A DNA stretch of 64,000 bases, taken from Acidimicrobiales bacterium (GTDB lineage Bacteria > Actinomycetota > Acidimicrobiia > Acidimicrobiales > JACDCH01). Location of the stretch: positions 7,852-71,851 of the forward strand of contig JBPCON010000035.1 in the NCBI GenBank assembly GCA_051000215.1, read 5' to 3'. Under the pieces are notes generated by a model. The model did not search any database, was not told where the DNA came from, and saw nothing but the letters and a program-made list of their open reading frames with translations. The translations under genes and the position numbers were made by a program. The first letter of the stretch is position 1; each line of letters starts with the position of its first letter. Shown here piece by piece: positions 1 through 11,306 of the stretch.

Positions 1-370
1 TCGCCGGAATCCAATGCAGCACGGCGCGGCTGTACGCGATGTCGAAGCTGCGCCGCGCGACGAGGGTCGTCAGCTGTTGCGCGGGTGCGGTGATGAAGGA
101 TTGGTTAGTCGCGGCCCTGGCCATCGCTTCGGCGACGAGGGACGGTTGGGGCTCGAGGCCGACCACCTCGCCGTCGGGCACGAGCGCAGCGATCGTGGCT
201 GTGAAGTCTCCGGAGCCGCACCCGATGTCGAGCACGCGATCGGTCGGGCGCAACGGCAACGTGGCGATGAACTCTGCGTCGTAGCGGCGGTGGTGCGCGG
301 TGTTCGCCGCGTACAAGGCGCCGTCCCAAGGCGCGAGACTGTCCAAATACTGAGAATGTTGATTCGCCAT
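1..370 (-). CDS. class I SAM-dependent methyltransferase (Tam-like), C-terminal part cut by the window edge
   Basis: Hand translation of the minus strand from ATG at 370 gives MANQHSQYLDSLAPWDGALY...DRVLDIGCGSGDFT (SAM motif I)...VGLEPQPSLV...RAVLHWIP. The frame stays open to position 1. It is absent from the ORF track because there is no stop in the window. Confidence 0.8.
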   Translation of the reverse strand, partial: MANQHSQYLDSLAPWDGALYAANTAHHRRYDAEFIATLPLRPTDRVLDIGCGSGDFTATIAALVPDGEVVGLEPQPSLVAEAMARAATNQSFITAPAQQLTTLVARRSFDIAYSRAVLHWIPA

Positions 371-444
371 GTGGACACCCTAGTACGCACCGCGCTGACA
401 ACGCCCTCACACACCGCTAACAATTGGCCGACAAGGTGGTGGAC

Positions 445-1062
445 ATGAAGAAGCTCATCGCAGCAACCGGCATCGTCGTGGCTCTCGGTACCGGCGCGTT
501 CGCGCTCAACACCGTGCTCCCCGCAGGCGCGCAATCCGACCCGGGCGCCTCGTCTGCTGCGCCGGGCGGGCACGACCGCGGCGCGCGCGCCAAAGCAGCC
601 CTCGACGGGCTCGTCGCCGACGGCACCCTCACCCAAGCCCAAGAGGACAAGGTCGTCGAGGCCCTGAAGAACGCTGCGCCCAAGGGTGGCAAGGGAGCTG
701 AGGGCCGTCGGCACGAGATCCTGGCCAAGGCGGTCGAGACATCGGCGCAGGCGTTGGGGATGTCGACCGATGACCTGAAGACCGAGCTCATGGGCGGAAA
801 GTCGGTGGCCGACGTCGCGACCGAGAAGGGTGTGCCGCTCGACACGGTCACCCAGGCCCTGACGAGCGCTGCGAACACCGCGATCGACAAGGCGGTCGCC
901 GACGGCAAGCTCACCCAGGAGCGCGCCGACGCCATGCGGGCGAAGCTCCCCGACGCGATCACCAAGTTCGAGAACGCGACACGCCACGACCACGGCGCTC
1001 ACCCCGGCCACGACTCGCAGTCCGGGTCGAACGACAGCTCGAGCAGCTCCACCAGCAGCTGA
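445..1062 (+). CDS. secreted hypothetical protein (signal peptide, repeated helical DG-x-LTQ modules, Ser-rich tail)
   Basis: MKKLIAATGIVVALGTGAFALNTVLPAGAQS is a signal-peptide-like N-terminus. AAGGTGG lies upstream of ATG 445. Internal repeats: DGTLTQAQEDKVVEAL / DGKLTQERADAMRAKL. Confidence 0.6.
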   Translation: MKKLIAATGIVVALGTGAFALNTVLPAGAQSDPGASSAAPGGHDRGARAKAALDGLVADGTLTQAQEDKVVEALKNAAPKGGKGAEGRRHEILAKAVETSAQALGMSTDDLKTELMGGKSVADVATEKGVPLDTVTQALTSAANTAIDKAVADGKLTQERADAMRAKLPDAITKFENATRHDHGAHPGHDSQSGSNDSSSSSTSS

Positions 1063-1110
1063 GAGCCGCAGCGGGCGCTTGGCGCTGACAAGCGTCAGTA
1101 GCCTGCAGCC

Positions 1111-2832
1111 ATGCCCCGCGTGCGCGTCGCGCTGTGCCAGATCAACACGATGGTCGGCGATCTCGATGGCAACATCGAGCACATCCTCTCCGCCTACGAA
1201 GAGGCGGAGGCCGCCGGCTGCGACCTCGCCGTGTTCCCCGAGCTGGCCCTCACCGGCTACCCGCCGGAAGACCTCCTGTTGCGTCCGGGTTTCGTCGCCG
1301 ACAACCTCGAGGCCCTCGAGAAGGTCGCAGCACGAACGGGCGCGTGCTCAGCGATTCTGGGCTTCGTCGACGCAGACCGCGACCTTCGCAACGCCGCGGC
1401 TGTCTGCGCCCACGGCAGCGTGGTCGGCCGCTATCACAAGCGGCTGCTGCCCAACTACGCAGTGTTCGACGAGCAGCGCTACTTCGCACCCGGTGTGTTG
1501 CCGATGTCGCTGTTCGAGATCGGTGGCGTGCGTGTCGGCGTGTCGATCTGCGAGGACGGCTGGAGCCCCGACGGGCCCGTCGCCGAGCAGGCCGCTGGCG
1601 GGGCGGAGCTCATCGTCAACCTGAACGCTTCGCCTTACTACGCGGGGCGGCTCTGCGAACGAGAGCGCATGCTCGCGACGAGGGCCGAGGACGCCGCGTG
1701 CGCCCTCGTGTACGTCAACCAGGTGGGAGGTCAGGACGAGCTCGTCTTCGACGGCGCCTCGCTCGTGTTCGACAGCGACGGCGAGATCGTCACGAGAGCG
1801 CCGCAGATGAAAGAAGCTGTTGTCGTCGTCGACCTCGAAGTGCAGCCCGTCTTCCGGAAGCGCCTGCTCGACCCGAGGGGGCGAGCCAGCGCTGACAGCC
1901 TGCCCGTCGTCGTCGTGACCACCGATCCCGCCGTTCATGACGGACCGGCTTTGCGACCGGCGCCGGCACCGACGCTCAGCCCAGCGCACGAGGTCTACGA
2001 GGCGATCGTGCTCGGCACGCGCGACTACGTCCGCAAGAACGGCTTCACCGATGTCGTGGTCGGGCTCTCGGGGGGCATCGACTCTTCGCTCGTCACCACG
2101 ATCGCCGTCGATGCCATCGGCGCCGAGCACGTGCACGCTGTCGCCCTCCCGAGCCGGTACTCGAGCGAGCACTCGATCACCGACGCCGAGCAGCTGTGCG
2201 CGAACCTCGGTGTCGAGCTCCGCACCATCGCGATCGAACCAGCCCACGCCGCGATGCTGGAGATGCTGGCACCGAGCTTCGAGGGGCTCAGCGAGGACGC
2301 GACCGAGGAGAACCTCCAGGGCCGCATCCGCGCCGCGGTGCTGATGGCCCTTGCCAACAAGCTGCGCTCATGGCTGGTGCTCATCTGCGGGAACAAGAGC
2401 GAGCTCGCTGTCGGCTACACGACGATCTACGGCGTCGACATGGCGGGCGGCTTCGCGCTCATCAAAGACGTCTACAAGACGCTCGTGTACGACCTCGCCC
2501 GCGACCGCAACGTGCGGGCCGGCCGCGATCTCATCCCGAGCAGCGTGCTCGTCAAAGCACCCTCGGCCGAGCTCCGTCCCGGCCAACGCGACGATCAGAG
2601 CCTCCCGCCTTACGACGTGCTCGACCCGATCCTCGCCGGCTACGTCGAACAAGACCTCACTCGCGGTGAGCTCGTCGCGGAGGGCTTCGACCCCGAGATC
2701 GTCGCCCGCATCACCCGCCTCGTCGACATGGCGGAGTGGAAGCGCCGGCAGGCTCCGATCGGCGTGCGCGTCACCCCCAAGGCCTTCGGGAAGGATCGAC
2801 GCCTTCCCATCACCAACGGCTACCGGGGCTGA
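1111..2832 (+). CDS. nadE: glutamine-dependent NAD+ synthetase
   Basis: N-terminal CN-hydrolase domain (VALCQINTMVGD...ELALTGYPPEDL...ICED) plus a C-terminal NAD synthetase PP-loop (GLSGGIDSS). 573 aa. Confidence 0.95.
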   Translation: MPRVRVALCQINTMVGDLDGNIEHILSAYEEAEAAGCDLAVFPELALTGYPPEDLLLRPGFVADNLEALEKVAARTGACSAILGFVDADRDLRNAAAVCAHGSVVGRYHKRLLPNYAVFDEQRYFAPGVLPMSLFEIGGVRVGVSICEDGWSPDGPVAEQAAGGAELIVNLNASPYYAGRLCERERMLATRAEDAACALVYVNQVGGQDELVFDGASLVFDSDGEIVTRAPQMKEAVVVVDLEVQPVFRKRLLDPRGRASADSLPVVVVTTDPAVHDGPALRPAPAPTLSPAHEVYEAIVLGTRDYVRKNGFTDVVVGLSGGIDSSLVTTIAVDAIGAEHVHAVALPSRYSSEHSITDAEQLCANLGVELRTIAIEPAHAAMLEMLAPSFEGLSEDATEENLQGRIRAAVLMALANKLRSWLVLICGNKSELAVGYTTIYGVDMAGGFALIKDVYKTLVYDLARDRNVRAGRDLIPSSVLVKAPSAELRPGQRDDQSLPPYDVLDPILAGYVEQDLTRGELVAEGFDPEIVARITRLVDMAEWKRRQAPIGVRVTPKAFGKDRRLPITNGYRG

Positions 2833-2915
2833 CCCGTCCCCCGAGTCGTCTTGACCGGCGGGTCAAGTCCGCGGGAGCCTCTGGCGAGACGGTGGCGCCG
2901 AGATCAGGGGGACTG

Positions 2916-3572
2916 ATGGCCGACCCGAAGAAGCCGCGAGCTGCGTTCGCACCCTGGGATCGGCGCGAGCTGCCCGGCGCGTTCACCGTCGAGGAGTCAG
3001 CCCGGCGCGTGGGGCACTACAAGTGGATCGAGATGAAGCTGTTCGAGGCGCTCGGCGGCTGGGTCGCGACGGTGCCGGAGCTCGACGTGAAGCTGCGTCT
3101 CGGCACGCACTGCTACCACCACGCTTGGCACTCCGAGCTCTGGCACAAGCGACTGCCCGAGCTGCGGGAGATGAACCCCGACCGCCTCGCGGTGCCAGCC
3201 AACGACGAGCTCGTCGCCTTCGTCTCGGCGCTGACCGAACCCGAGGCGCCAGAGCTCACCATCGAGAAGCTCGTCGGCGTCTACCGCGTGCTCGTCCCTC
3301 ACTTGATCTCTGCCTACACCTACCACCTGAACAACACCTCAACCATCACCGATGCACCGACCATGCGGTCGCTTCGCTTCGCCATCCAAGACGACCTCGA
3401 CGATTGGCGCGACGGCGAGCTGTTGATCCAGTCGTTGCTCGACACCGACGACGAGGTCGATCGGGCCGCCGCGCACCAAGCCAAGCTCGAGAAGCTGCTG
3501 TTGGCAGCGGGGGGCATCGCCGGCCCCGGCTCGATCGGCATCCAGCCAACAACCCAGGAGGCATCCCCGTGA
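2916..3572 (+). CDS. conserved hypothetical protein, possibly a degenerate ferritin-like helical bundle
   Basis: ATG at 2916 preceded by AGGGGGA. Helical and His/Glu-rich (HYKWIEMKLFEAL, HCYHHAWHSELWHKR). The stop overlaps the next start (GTGA at 3569). Confidence 0.6.
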   Translation: MADPKKPRAAFAPWDRRELPGAFTVEESARRVGHYKWIEMKLFEALGGWVATVPELDVKLRLGTHCYHHAWHSELWHKRLPELREMNPDRLAVPANDELVAFVSALTEPEAPELTIEKLVGVYRVLVPHLISAYTYHLNNTSTITDAPTMRSLRFAIQDDLDDWRDGELLIQSLLDTDDEVDRAAAHQAKLEKLLLAAGGIAGPGSIGIQPTTQEASP

Positions 3573-4402
3573 AGAAGATCTTCCCCGTCGAGGAGCTCGC
3601 TCGCGACGAGCGTTTCGTGCGCGTCAACATGATGGAACGGATGCAGGACGGACGCGATCCGGCACAATCGCGGTCGGCCACGCGCAGTGCGAAGCTGACC
3701 CCAGCGCGCTCGGACGCAGCGGACTCGGCGCGGGCCTTGATGCACGGGATCTTCGTCGGCGAGATTCAGGCGCTCGAGGGTGCAGGTCGTACGTGCTGGG
3801 ACTTCGAGACCGGCGGCGGCGCAGACGAGGCGCCATTCCAACTCAAGCTCGACATGGCAAGGCAGTGCTGGGACGAAGCCCGCCACTGCGAGATCTCGGT
3901 GAAGCTCTCCGACTGGATGGGCACCGAGCTCGGCGAGTTCTCGGAGTCGACCTTCCTCTACGAGGCAGCGTGCAACCCCGATCCGGTGCTGCGCCTCACC
4001 GGTGTCAACCGAGCGCTCGAGGGTCTCGCCATCGACGTCTTCAACACCATGAAGGAGTTCGGCGACCTCTCCGGCGATCCGGTGCTCGAGTTCTGCGAGG
4101 ACTGGATGCTCGCTGACGAGGTCACCCACGTGAAGATGGGCAGCGACTGGCTGCGCCGCCTCACCGAGACCGACCCTGATCGCCGCGAGCGCGCCCTCGA
4201 GTTCCAGCGCGTCGTCGACAAGCTCTTCAGCCTCGGTGGTTTCCGCGGCGAGGACGACGACAGCCCTGTGCGTCTCGCCCGACGCTTCCGCGAGCTCGCC
4301 GGCTTCGACACCGAGGAGATGGACGAGATCGCCGAGGTGAGCAGGCAGGCCAAAGAAGAGGTCATGGCGATGCGTGAGCAACGCTCGGTAGCCGACGCGT
4401 GA
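3569..4402 (+). CDS. ferritin-like di-iron protein (DUF455-like)
   Basis: GTG at 3569 preceded by AGGAGG. Two ExxH motifs (WDEARH, ADEVTH) plus paired Glu helices (EIQALEG, LEGLAID), as in di-iron carboxylate proteins. Confidence 0.7.
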   Translation: MKKIFPVEELARDERFVRVNMMERMQDGRDPAQSRSATRSAKLTPARSDAADSARALMHGIFVGEIQALEGAGRTCWDFETGGGADEAPFQLKLDMARQCWDEARHCEISVKLSDWMGTELGEFSESTFLYEAACNPDPVLRLTGVNRALEGLAIDVFNTMKEFGDLSGDPVLEFCEDWMLADEVTHVKMGSDWLRRLTETDPDRRERALEFQRVVDKLFSLGGFRGEDDDSPVRLARRFRELAGFDTEEMDEIAEVSRQAKEEVMAMREQRSVADA

Positions 4403-4959
4403 ACGTCGAGGTCTCGCCCGAGTCCTTCACGCTCGTCGACTACTCCGCTGAGGTCATCGGCGACATCGTGCAGGAGGTCGGGCGAGCGATCGGCATCGAC
4501 TCGCGTGTGACGGTCCGCGTCGAGGTCGACGAGAAGACGCCGCTCGGCAACTCCTCCCTCGAGTCCATCGACCCCGTAGTGATCTGGGTCGAGTCGGGGG
4601 CGCTCGAAGACTCCAAGCGGCCCCGCCAGCTGTCGACGATGGGCACGGCGACGGTGCTCGGGCTCCTCCTTGCGCGCGTGCGCGACAGGCTCGACCCCGC
4701 GTTCGGGGCTCCCGGGGAGGACAGCGCCCTGTCACCGGCGCACTTCACGGCGTGGGAGGTCTACGCAGCTGGCCGGGTCGTGCGCCTCGGCTACCGGGCC
4801 CACGACGACCGCCAGCGCCGCCTCTACCACTTCCGCATCCGTCACGGCTTCAGTGATGTCGGCGACGCCGTGTTCGACGAGCTCTGGACGCGCGACGGGC
4901 TGTGCTGGTCCGACATCACCGCGCTCAGCGACCGAGCAGCAGCAGCCGTCGCGGCCTGA
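4399..4959 (+). CDS. hypothetical protein, translationally coupled to the DUF455-like gene
   Basis: GTGA overlap at 4399-4402. Coding-like composition. No motif recognised. Confidence 0.55.
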   Translation: MNVEVSPESFTLVDYSAEVIGDIVQEVGRAIGIDSRVTVRVEVDEKTPLGNSSLESIDPVVIWVESGALEDSKRPRQLSTMGTATVLGLLLARVRDRLDPAFGAPGEDSALSPAHFTAWEVYAAGRVVRLGYRAHDDRQRRLYHFRIRHGFSDVGDAVFDELWTRDGLCWSDITALSDRAAAAVAA

Positions 4960-4972
4960 CCAAGCGGGGCGG

Positions 4973-5287
4973 CTACCTCAAGTCGTGGGCGCTGATGGGC
5001 TCGTACAGCTCGATCGCGGGGGGACCCGCTAGCAGACCGCGGCAGGCCTCGGCCATCTCGAGCATCTCGGGTGAGTCGAAGTGCGCCCGCTGGCTTGCTG
5101 CGTCGTCCCACTTCTGCACGATCAGATATCGTCCCGGGCTCGTCGCCGACGCGCAGAGGTCGATGTTGCGACAGCCCGGATGCCCACGGGAGACAACGAC
5201 GTACTTGGCAAGGATGGGCTGCAATGCGCTTGGTTCGGCGGCGTCGAGCACCATCGTCACCACGGTCAGCTCCACGTCGTCTGCCAC
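4973..5287 (-). CDS. antibiotic-biosynthesis-monooxygenase (ABM) domain protein
   Basis: C-terminal ~100 aa of ORF 4973..5446: ...LTVVTMVLDAAEPSALQPILAKYVVVSRGHPGCRNIDLCASATSPGRYLIVQKWDDAASQRAHFDSPEM, ABM/ferredoxin-like. Start set at GTG 5287; the start is uncertain. Confidence 0.6.
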   Translation of the reverse strand: MADDVELTVVTMVLDAAEPSALQPILAKYVVVSRGHPGCRNIDLCASATSPGRYLIVQKWDDAASQRAHFDSPEMLEMAEACRGLLAGPPAIELYEPISAHDLR

Positions 5288-5465
5288 CGACCCAACCGTA
5301 CCCTCAAGCAGGAACAGGGGCCCTGAGCAGCGAAAACAGTGCGAGGCGGCGGATCCCGAAGGCCAAACGCCGGTACTGGCAGGTTGGCAGCCTTGACCTT
5401 GCCAGTATCGTTCATACCGACCACGGCACCCCCCACAGCCAAGCAACCACCGAGGAGAAGTCGTC

Positions 5466-6404
<939 letters not shown>

Positions 6405-6412
6405 GCGAGGTC

Positions 6413-6850
6413 GTGTCCGATCGTGCCAACGCGCCCGATGGTTGGTGGCGTGAGTTCGTCGCGGCAACGCCCCCCAAGACCGCCAAGCTCGCGCTTGTCT
6501 CGAAGAGCGGCGCGCCGCTCGTTGCTCCTGTTTGGGTCGCGCTCGACGGCGACGACATCGTCTTCAACACCGCGGCCGGCTCGGCGAAGGGCCGCGCCAT
6601 CGCGCGCGATCCTCGGGTCGCGATCTGCTTCGACGACGAGCGGCCACCCTTCAGTTTCGTGCTCATCCACGGAACGGCGACGACGAGCGACGACCCCGAG
6701 GAGCTCAGCCGATGGGCTACGGAGATCGGCGGGCGCTACATGGGCGCGGCGCGCGCGCGGGAGTACGGTGCGCGCAACGGTGTCGAAGGCGAGCTCCTCG
6801 TGCGTGTGACCCCGACGAAGGTCATCACAGCGAGGGACATCGCCGACTGA
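6413..6850 (+). CDS. PPOX-class (pyridoxamine 5'-phosphate oxidase family) probable F420-dependent enzyme
   Basis: AKLALVSKSGAPLVAPVWVALDGDDIVFNTAAGSAKGRAIARDPRVAICFDDERPPFSFVLIHGTA is a split-barrel PPOX pattern. Confidence 0.7.
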   Translation: MSDRANAPDGWWREFVAATPPKTAKLALVSKSGAPLVAPVWVALDGDDIVFNTAAGSAKGRAIARDPRVAICFDDERPPFSFVLIHGTATTSDDPEELSRWATEIGGRYMGAARAREYGARNGVEGELLVRVTPTKVITARDIAD

Positions 6851-6897
6851 GCCCGCGGCACGGCTGCCGCGGCTGATCGCAGTGCTGGGGGGCGGGC

Positions 6898-8229
6898 GTG
6901 GTACAGACCGAGGAACCGGTGTTCGCGCCGGTGGTCGGCGGCGTGCCGACGGATTGGGAAGCGCCATCGGTCGGCGAGCCACCCGACATCGAGCCGGGCC
7001 GCGACCCTCGCTACTTGAGGATGCTGCTGTGGCTGCTGGTGTCGGCAGCGTTCTTCGAGGGCTACGACAGCTCGATCCTCGCTCTGTTGCTCCCCAACAT
7101 CCAGAGCACCTTCAGGGTCAGCGAGACGGTGCTCGGCCTCACTCGCATCCCGATCGAGCTCGGGCTGTTCGCCGCCTTCTTCGTCGCCCGCCTCTCCGAC
7201 CGGTTTGGGCGGCGCCCCATCCTGTTGTGGTCGGTTGTCGGTTACAAGATGTTCACCGCGTTGACGGCGTTGAGCTGGGACATCTGGTCGTTCGCCGGCT
7301 TCCAGTTCGCCAGCCGCGTCTTCCTCGGGGCCGAGTACGCGGTCGGCGTGACCATGATCGTCGAGGAGTACCCGACAACCGGCAGGGGACGCGCCCTCGG
7401 GACGCTGCTGACCTTCTCCGCGCTCGGCACGATCGCTGTTGGCTTGCTTCTGGGGCTCGGTGTGCAGGACGGGCCCCTCGAGTGGCGCGCCTTCTACTTG
7501 ATCGGCCTGGCCCCGCTCCTCGTGCTGTCGCTGTACCGCCGGCGCATCAAGGAGACCCGTCGCTTCGAGGCGGTGAAGGCGGGCCGGGTGACTGCCGACC
7601 CGCACCCGTCAATGCTCGAACCGTGGCGCGCCGAGCACCGGCGCAGCTTGCTCCTCGTCGGGCTCATGCACATGTTGCGCTCGATCCCCCTCTTCGGCTC
7701 CACCGCGTGGTGGGCCTTCTACGCCGAGCGCGAACGCGGCTTCTCCTCCGGAGAGGTTGCGGTGTTCATCATCTCGGCCTACGGCCTCGGCTGCGTCGGC
7801 TACTACGTCTGCGGTCGCGCGATGGAGCGCTTCGGTCGCCGGCCGACGGCGATGGTGTACTTCACGGGCGGCATCGCTTTTTCGATCCTGCTCTTCCAGG
7901 CTTCGTCGAAGCCGATCTCGTTCGTGGCACTGCTGCTCGCCGTGTTCTTCGGCCTTGGGATGAGCCCGGTGATGAGCGCGTTCGCCACCGAGCTGTTCCC
8001 GACGGAGATCCGCGGCCAGGCCGCGGCGTGGATCCGCAATGTCTTCGAGATCGCGGGCTACGTGTTCGGTCCTGCGCTTGTTGGCATCCTCGGTGATCAC
8101 AGCACGGGCGCCATAGGCAACATCGGCGACACCGTCTCGGTCTTGATGCTGTTGCAGGTGCCGACCCTGTGGCTCGTCTGGCGGTACTTGCCCGAGACGA
8201 AGGGGCGCCCGCTCGAGGCGATCGCGTGA
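6898..8229 (+). CDS. MFS transporter
   Basis: About 12 hydrophobic segments. MFS loop 2-3 motif (RLSDRFGRRPIL) and its repeat (GRAMERFGRRP). Confidence 0.85.
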   Translation: MVQTEEPVFAPVVGGVPTDWEAPSVGEPPDIEPGRDPRYLRMLLWLLVSAAFFEGYDSSILALLLPNIQSTFRVSETVLGLTRIPIELGLFAAFFVARLSDRFGRRPILLWSVVGYKMFTALTALSWDIWSFAGFQFASRVFLGAEYAVGVTMIVEEYPTTGRGRALGTLLTFSALGTIAVGLLLGLGVQDGPLEWRAFYLIGLAPLLVLSLYRRRIKETRRFEAVKAGRVTADPHPSMLEPWRAEHRRSLLLVGLMHMLRSIPLFGSTAWWAFYAERERGFSSGEVAVFIISAYGLGCVGYYVCGRAMERFGRRPTAMVYFTGGIAFSILLFQASSKPISFVALLLAVFFGLGMSPVMSAFATELFPTEIRGQAAAWIRNVFEIAGYVFGPALVGILGDHSTGAIGNIGDTVSVLMLLQVPTLWLVWRYLPETKGRPLEAIA

Positions 8230-8855
8230 GCGCAGGCGCAGGCTCTGCCCCGACCGCGACGGAGCTCGACGCCATGCGTCGACCGTTCGGGCGAGCGCTC
8301 GTCGCGGTCGCCATCTCGTTCGTACTGATCGGCGGGCTGATCGCCGCGTTCGGCACGGGCCGCGACAGGGCGGAGGGTGCAGCTGAGCGCTGGCTCACCG
8401 AGGTGGGCGACCTCACGCGTCGCGGTGTCGGCGTCGACGCCGCGACCTACGTCGATGTCCACGGCAATGCCGTCGCGGCAGCAGAGTTGTTGCCGCGCGC
8501 TGAGCTCGACGGCAAGAGCGCGTTCACCAGCCTCGAGGTCGGCAAGGCGGCCACCGCGACCGGCGGCGATGTCCGCGTGCCCTTCGTCGTGGAGTACCGC
8601 GCCCACGCAGACGGTGGCCCTACAAGTGTCGTCTCGACGCTGGTGCTCTCGCGTAACGCCGACGGTTGGCGCATCGTGCGCGTCGCTCCTCGCGCCGAGG
8701 GCGAACTGGTCCCGAGCGAAGGCGGCGCCGCTATTGCCAAGGCGCCCGTTGGCCTCTACGCCGGCGGTGCCGCCGTCGGGCTCGGGGTGACCCTCGCCTG
8801 CTCGTGGCTCATCCGCCGCACTCGAGCAGCCGAACCCGCCGTCCGCTCGGGCTGA
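8226..8855 (+). CDS. membrane-anchored hypothetical protein (N- and C-terminal TM helices)
   Basis: GTGA overlap with the MFS stop. TM helices ALVAVAISFVLIGGLIAAF and GGAAVGLGVTLACSWLI. Alternative start ATG 8274. Confidence 0.55.
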   Translation: MSAGAGSAPTATELDAMRRPFGRALVAVAISFVLIGGLIAAFGTGRDRAEGAAERWLTEVGDLTRRGVGVDAATYVDVHGNAVAAAELLPRAELDGKSAFTSLEVGKAATATGGDVRVPFVVEYRAHADGGPTSVVSTLVLSRNADGWRIVRVAPRAEGELVPSEGGAAIAKAPVGLYAGGAAVGLGVTLACSWLIRRTRAAEPAVRSG

Positions 8856-8874
8856 TCGAACGCAACCCCTGGGA

Positions 8875-9135
8875 TCAGAGGTGGGCTCGGGCGGCGTCTT
8901 GGACCGCGGCCACGATGGGATCCCAATCGGCGCCCGGTTGACGCACGACGGTGACGAAGTCGTTCATGCCGAAAACCGAGGCGACGCCTCCGGCAGCGAA
9001 GACCGCAGCCGCGAACGGGTGCGCCGCCGCATCCTGCACGGTCGTGACGTTGAAGCGCTCGGCGAGCGTCGTGTCGAGGGCGAACCTGGTGGCGTTGGGG
9101 TTGGGTGTCGGTGCTGGTGTGGCAGTGGCCATCAC
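8875..9135 (-). CDS. NifU N-terminal (Nfu_N) domain protein
   Basis: TPNPNATRFALDTTL...HPFAAAVFAAGGVASVFGMNDFVTVVRQPGADW matches the Nfu_N scaffold pattern. Confidence 0.7.
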   Translation of the reverse strand: MMATATPAPTPNPNATRFALDTTLAERFNVTTVQDAAAHPFAAAVFAAGGVASVFGMNDFVTVVRQPGADWDPIVAAVQDAARAHL

Positions 9136-9693
9136 TCAAGCGTTCCACGTGCAGATGACCGGGGTGCTCCTGTCGTCGCCGAGCCTGCTGAGCGTGGCTG
9201 GATCGAGCGCGAGGTGCGCCCCGAGGGCAGCGTCCTGGCCGAGCCAGCGCGACGCGAGCACGCGCAGCAGATGCCCATGCCCGAACGCGAGCACATCGCC
9301 GTCGGCGAGCCGCGCGCGTTCCACCACCCGATCCACCCGCGCTGAGACCTGCTCGATCGTCTCGCCCCCAGGCGCGCCGTCGCTCCAGAGCACCCAGTCG
9401 GGACGGTCGGCGCGGATGGCCGCGGTGGTCATGCCCTCGTAGTCGCCGTAGTCCCACTCACGGAGGTCGTCGTCGACGATCGCGTCGGCGAACCCCGCGA
9501 ACGCCGCCGTGGCGCGGGCTCGGCTGAGCGGCGACGTGAGCACGAGGCCGAAGGTTTGGTCGCGGAGGCGCCCGGCGAGCTCGACCGCATCGCGTCGACC
9601 CGCCTCGGTGAGCGCGATGTCCGTGTGACCCGTGTGCTGCCCTGAGCGCGACCACAGCGTCTCGCCGTGGCGCACCACCGTCAACGTGCTCAC
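9136..9693 (-). CDS. histidine phosphatase family protein (phosphoglycerate-mutase-like)
   Basis: The RHGE catalytic motif ([12 protein letters not shown]) follows directly after GTG 9693. A second His is in [13 protein letters not shown] overlap with the pgi stop. Confidence 0.8.
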   Translation of the reverse strand: MSTLTVVRHGETLWSRSGQHTGHTDIALTEAGRRDAVELAGRLRDQTFGLVLTSPLSRARATAAFAGFADAIVDDDLREWDYGDYEGMTTAAIRADRPDWVLWSDGAPGGETIEQVSARVDRVVERARLADGDVLAFGHGHLLRVLASRWLGQDAALGAHLALDPATLSRLGDDRSTPVICTWNA

Positions 9694-11306
9694 GGCCTGT
9701 CGCGGTAGCGACGGATGAGCTCGGTGGTCGAGGAGTCGTGACCGCTCGGCGCAGGCCCGCGAGGGTCGAGCTCGGGGATGATGCGCTGGGCCAGGGCCTT
9801 GCCCAGCTCGACACCCCACTGATCGAAGCTGTTGATGCCCCAGATCGTGCCCTGCACGAACACCTTGTGTTCATAGAGGGCGACAAGCTGGCCGAGCACC
9901 GAGGGTGAGAGCTGCGGGGCGAGGATCGTCGTCGTCGGGCGGTTCCCGGGGAAGCTGCGGTGGGCGACGAGCTCGGCGGCGATGCCCTCGGCAGCCGCCT
10001 GCTCCTGTGTCTTTCCGAACGCCAGCGCCTCGCTCTGCGCGAAGAGGTTGGCCATGAGCAGGTCGTGGTGCTCGCCCACCTCGTGCGCCGGACGCAGGAA
10101 GCCGATCAGGTCCGATGGGACCACCGTCGTGCCTTGGTGGAGGAGCTGGTAGTACGCGTGCTGACCGTTGGTGCCGGGCGTGCCCCACACGATCGGACCG
10201 GTGTCGCATGCGACCGGAGCGCCGTCGAGGCTGACACGCTTGCCGTTCGACTCCATGTCGAGCTGCTGGAGGTAGGCAGGGAAGCGGGCCAGCTCATGGC
10301 TGTACGGCAACACCGCGTGGGTTTGGAGTCCGAACATGTTCCGGTACCAGATGCCGAGGAGCCCCATCACGACGGGCACGTTGCGCTCGAGCGCCGCGGT
10401 TCGGAAGTGGTCGTCCATCGCCTTGAACCCGGCGAGCAGCTCGCCGAAGCGCTCCCGTCCGATGGCGATCATGAGCGAAAGCCCGATCGCCGAGTCGAAC
10501 GAGTAGCGCCCGCCCACCCAGTCCCAGAACCCGAACATGTTGGCGGTATCGATGCCGAACTCCGCAACCTTCGCCTCGTTGGTCGACACCGCGACGAAGT
10601 GGCTCGCCACCGCGGCCTCGCCCAGCTCATCGACGAGCCACGCCCGCGCCGTGTGTGCGTTGGTGAGCGTCTCCAAGGTCGTGAACGTCTTCGACGCGAC
10701 GACGAAGAGCGTCGTCGCCGGGTCGAGGTCGTGGGTGGCTTCGTACACGTCGTCGCCGTCGACGTTCGATACGAACCTGCAGGTGATCGCCCTGTCGCTC
10801 CACGGGAGCAGCGCCTCGTACGCCATCGCTGGGCCGAGGTCGGATCCGCCGATGCCGATGTTGACGACGCTCGCGATGCGCTTGCCGGTGGCCCCGCGCC
10901 ACTCGCCGCTGCGCACGCGCTCGGCGAACGCTCCCATGCGATCGAGGACCGCGTGCACCTCTGCGACGACGTCTCGTCCGTCGACCATGAGCTTCTCGTC
11001 GCGAGACATGCGCAGCGCGACGTGCAACACAGCCCTGTCCTCTGTCGTGTTGAGGTGCTCGCCGCGGAACATCGCGTCGCGGCGTTCCTCGAGCCCAGCG
11101 GCGCGGGCGACATCGAGCAGCAGTCGAATCGTGTGCCCGGTAACCCGGTGCTTCGACCAGTCGACGTAGAGGTCGCCGGCCGCTCCGCACAGCCGGGTGC
11201 CTCGGTCGGGGTCATCGACGAACAGGTCGCGCAGGTGCACGTCGCCAACGTCGCCCCAGTGCGCCACGAGCGCGTCCCACGCCGGTGTCCCAACCGCGCC
11301 GACCAC
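9690..11306 (-). CDS. pgi: glucose-6-phosphate isomerase
   Basis: 538 aa. PGI signatures: [22 protein letters not shown], and the [20 protein letters not shown]-terminal signature. Confidence 0.95.
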   Translation of the reverse strand: MVGAVGTPAWDALVAHWGDVGDVHLRDLFVDDPDRGTRLCGAAGDLYVDWSKHRVTGHTIRLLLDVARAAGLEERRDAMFRGEHLNTTEDRAVLHVALRMSRDEKLMVDGRDVVAEVHAVLDRMGAFAERVRSGEWRGATGKRIASVVNIGIGGSDLGPAMAYEALLPWSDRAITCRFVSNVDGDDVYEATHDLDPATTLFVVASKTFTTLETLTNAHTARAWLVDELGEAAVASHFVAVSTNEAKVAEFGIDTANMFGFWDWVGGRYSFDSAIGLSLMIAIGRERFGELLAGFKAMDDHFRTAALERNVPVVMGLLGIWYRNMFGLQTHAVLPYSHELARFPAYLQQLDMESNGKRVSLDGAPVACDTGPIVWGTPGTNGQHAYYQLLHQGTTVVPSDLIGFLRPAHEVGEHHDLLMANLFAQSEALAFGKTQEQAAAEGIAAELVAHRSFPGNRPTTTILAPQLSPSVLGQLVALYEHKVFVQGTIWGINSFDQWGVELGKALAQRIIPELDPRGPAPSGHDSSTTELIRRYRDRP

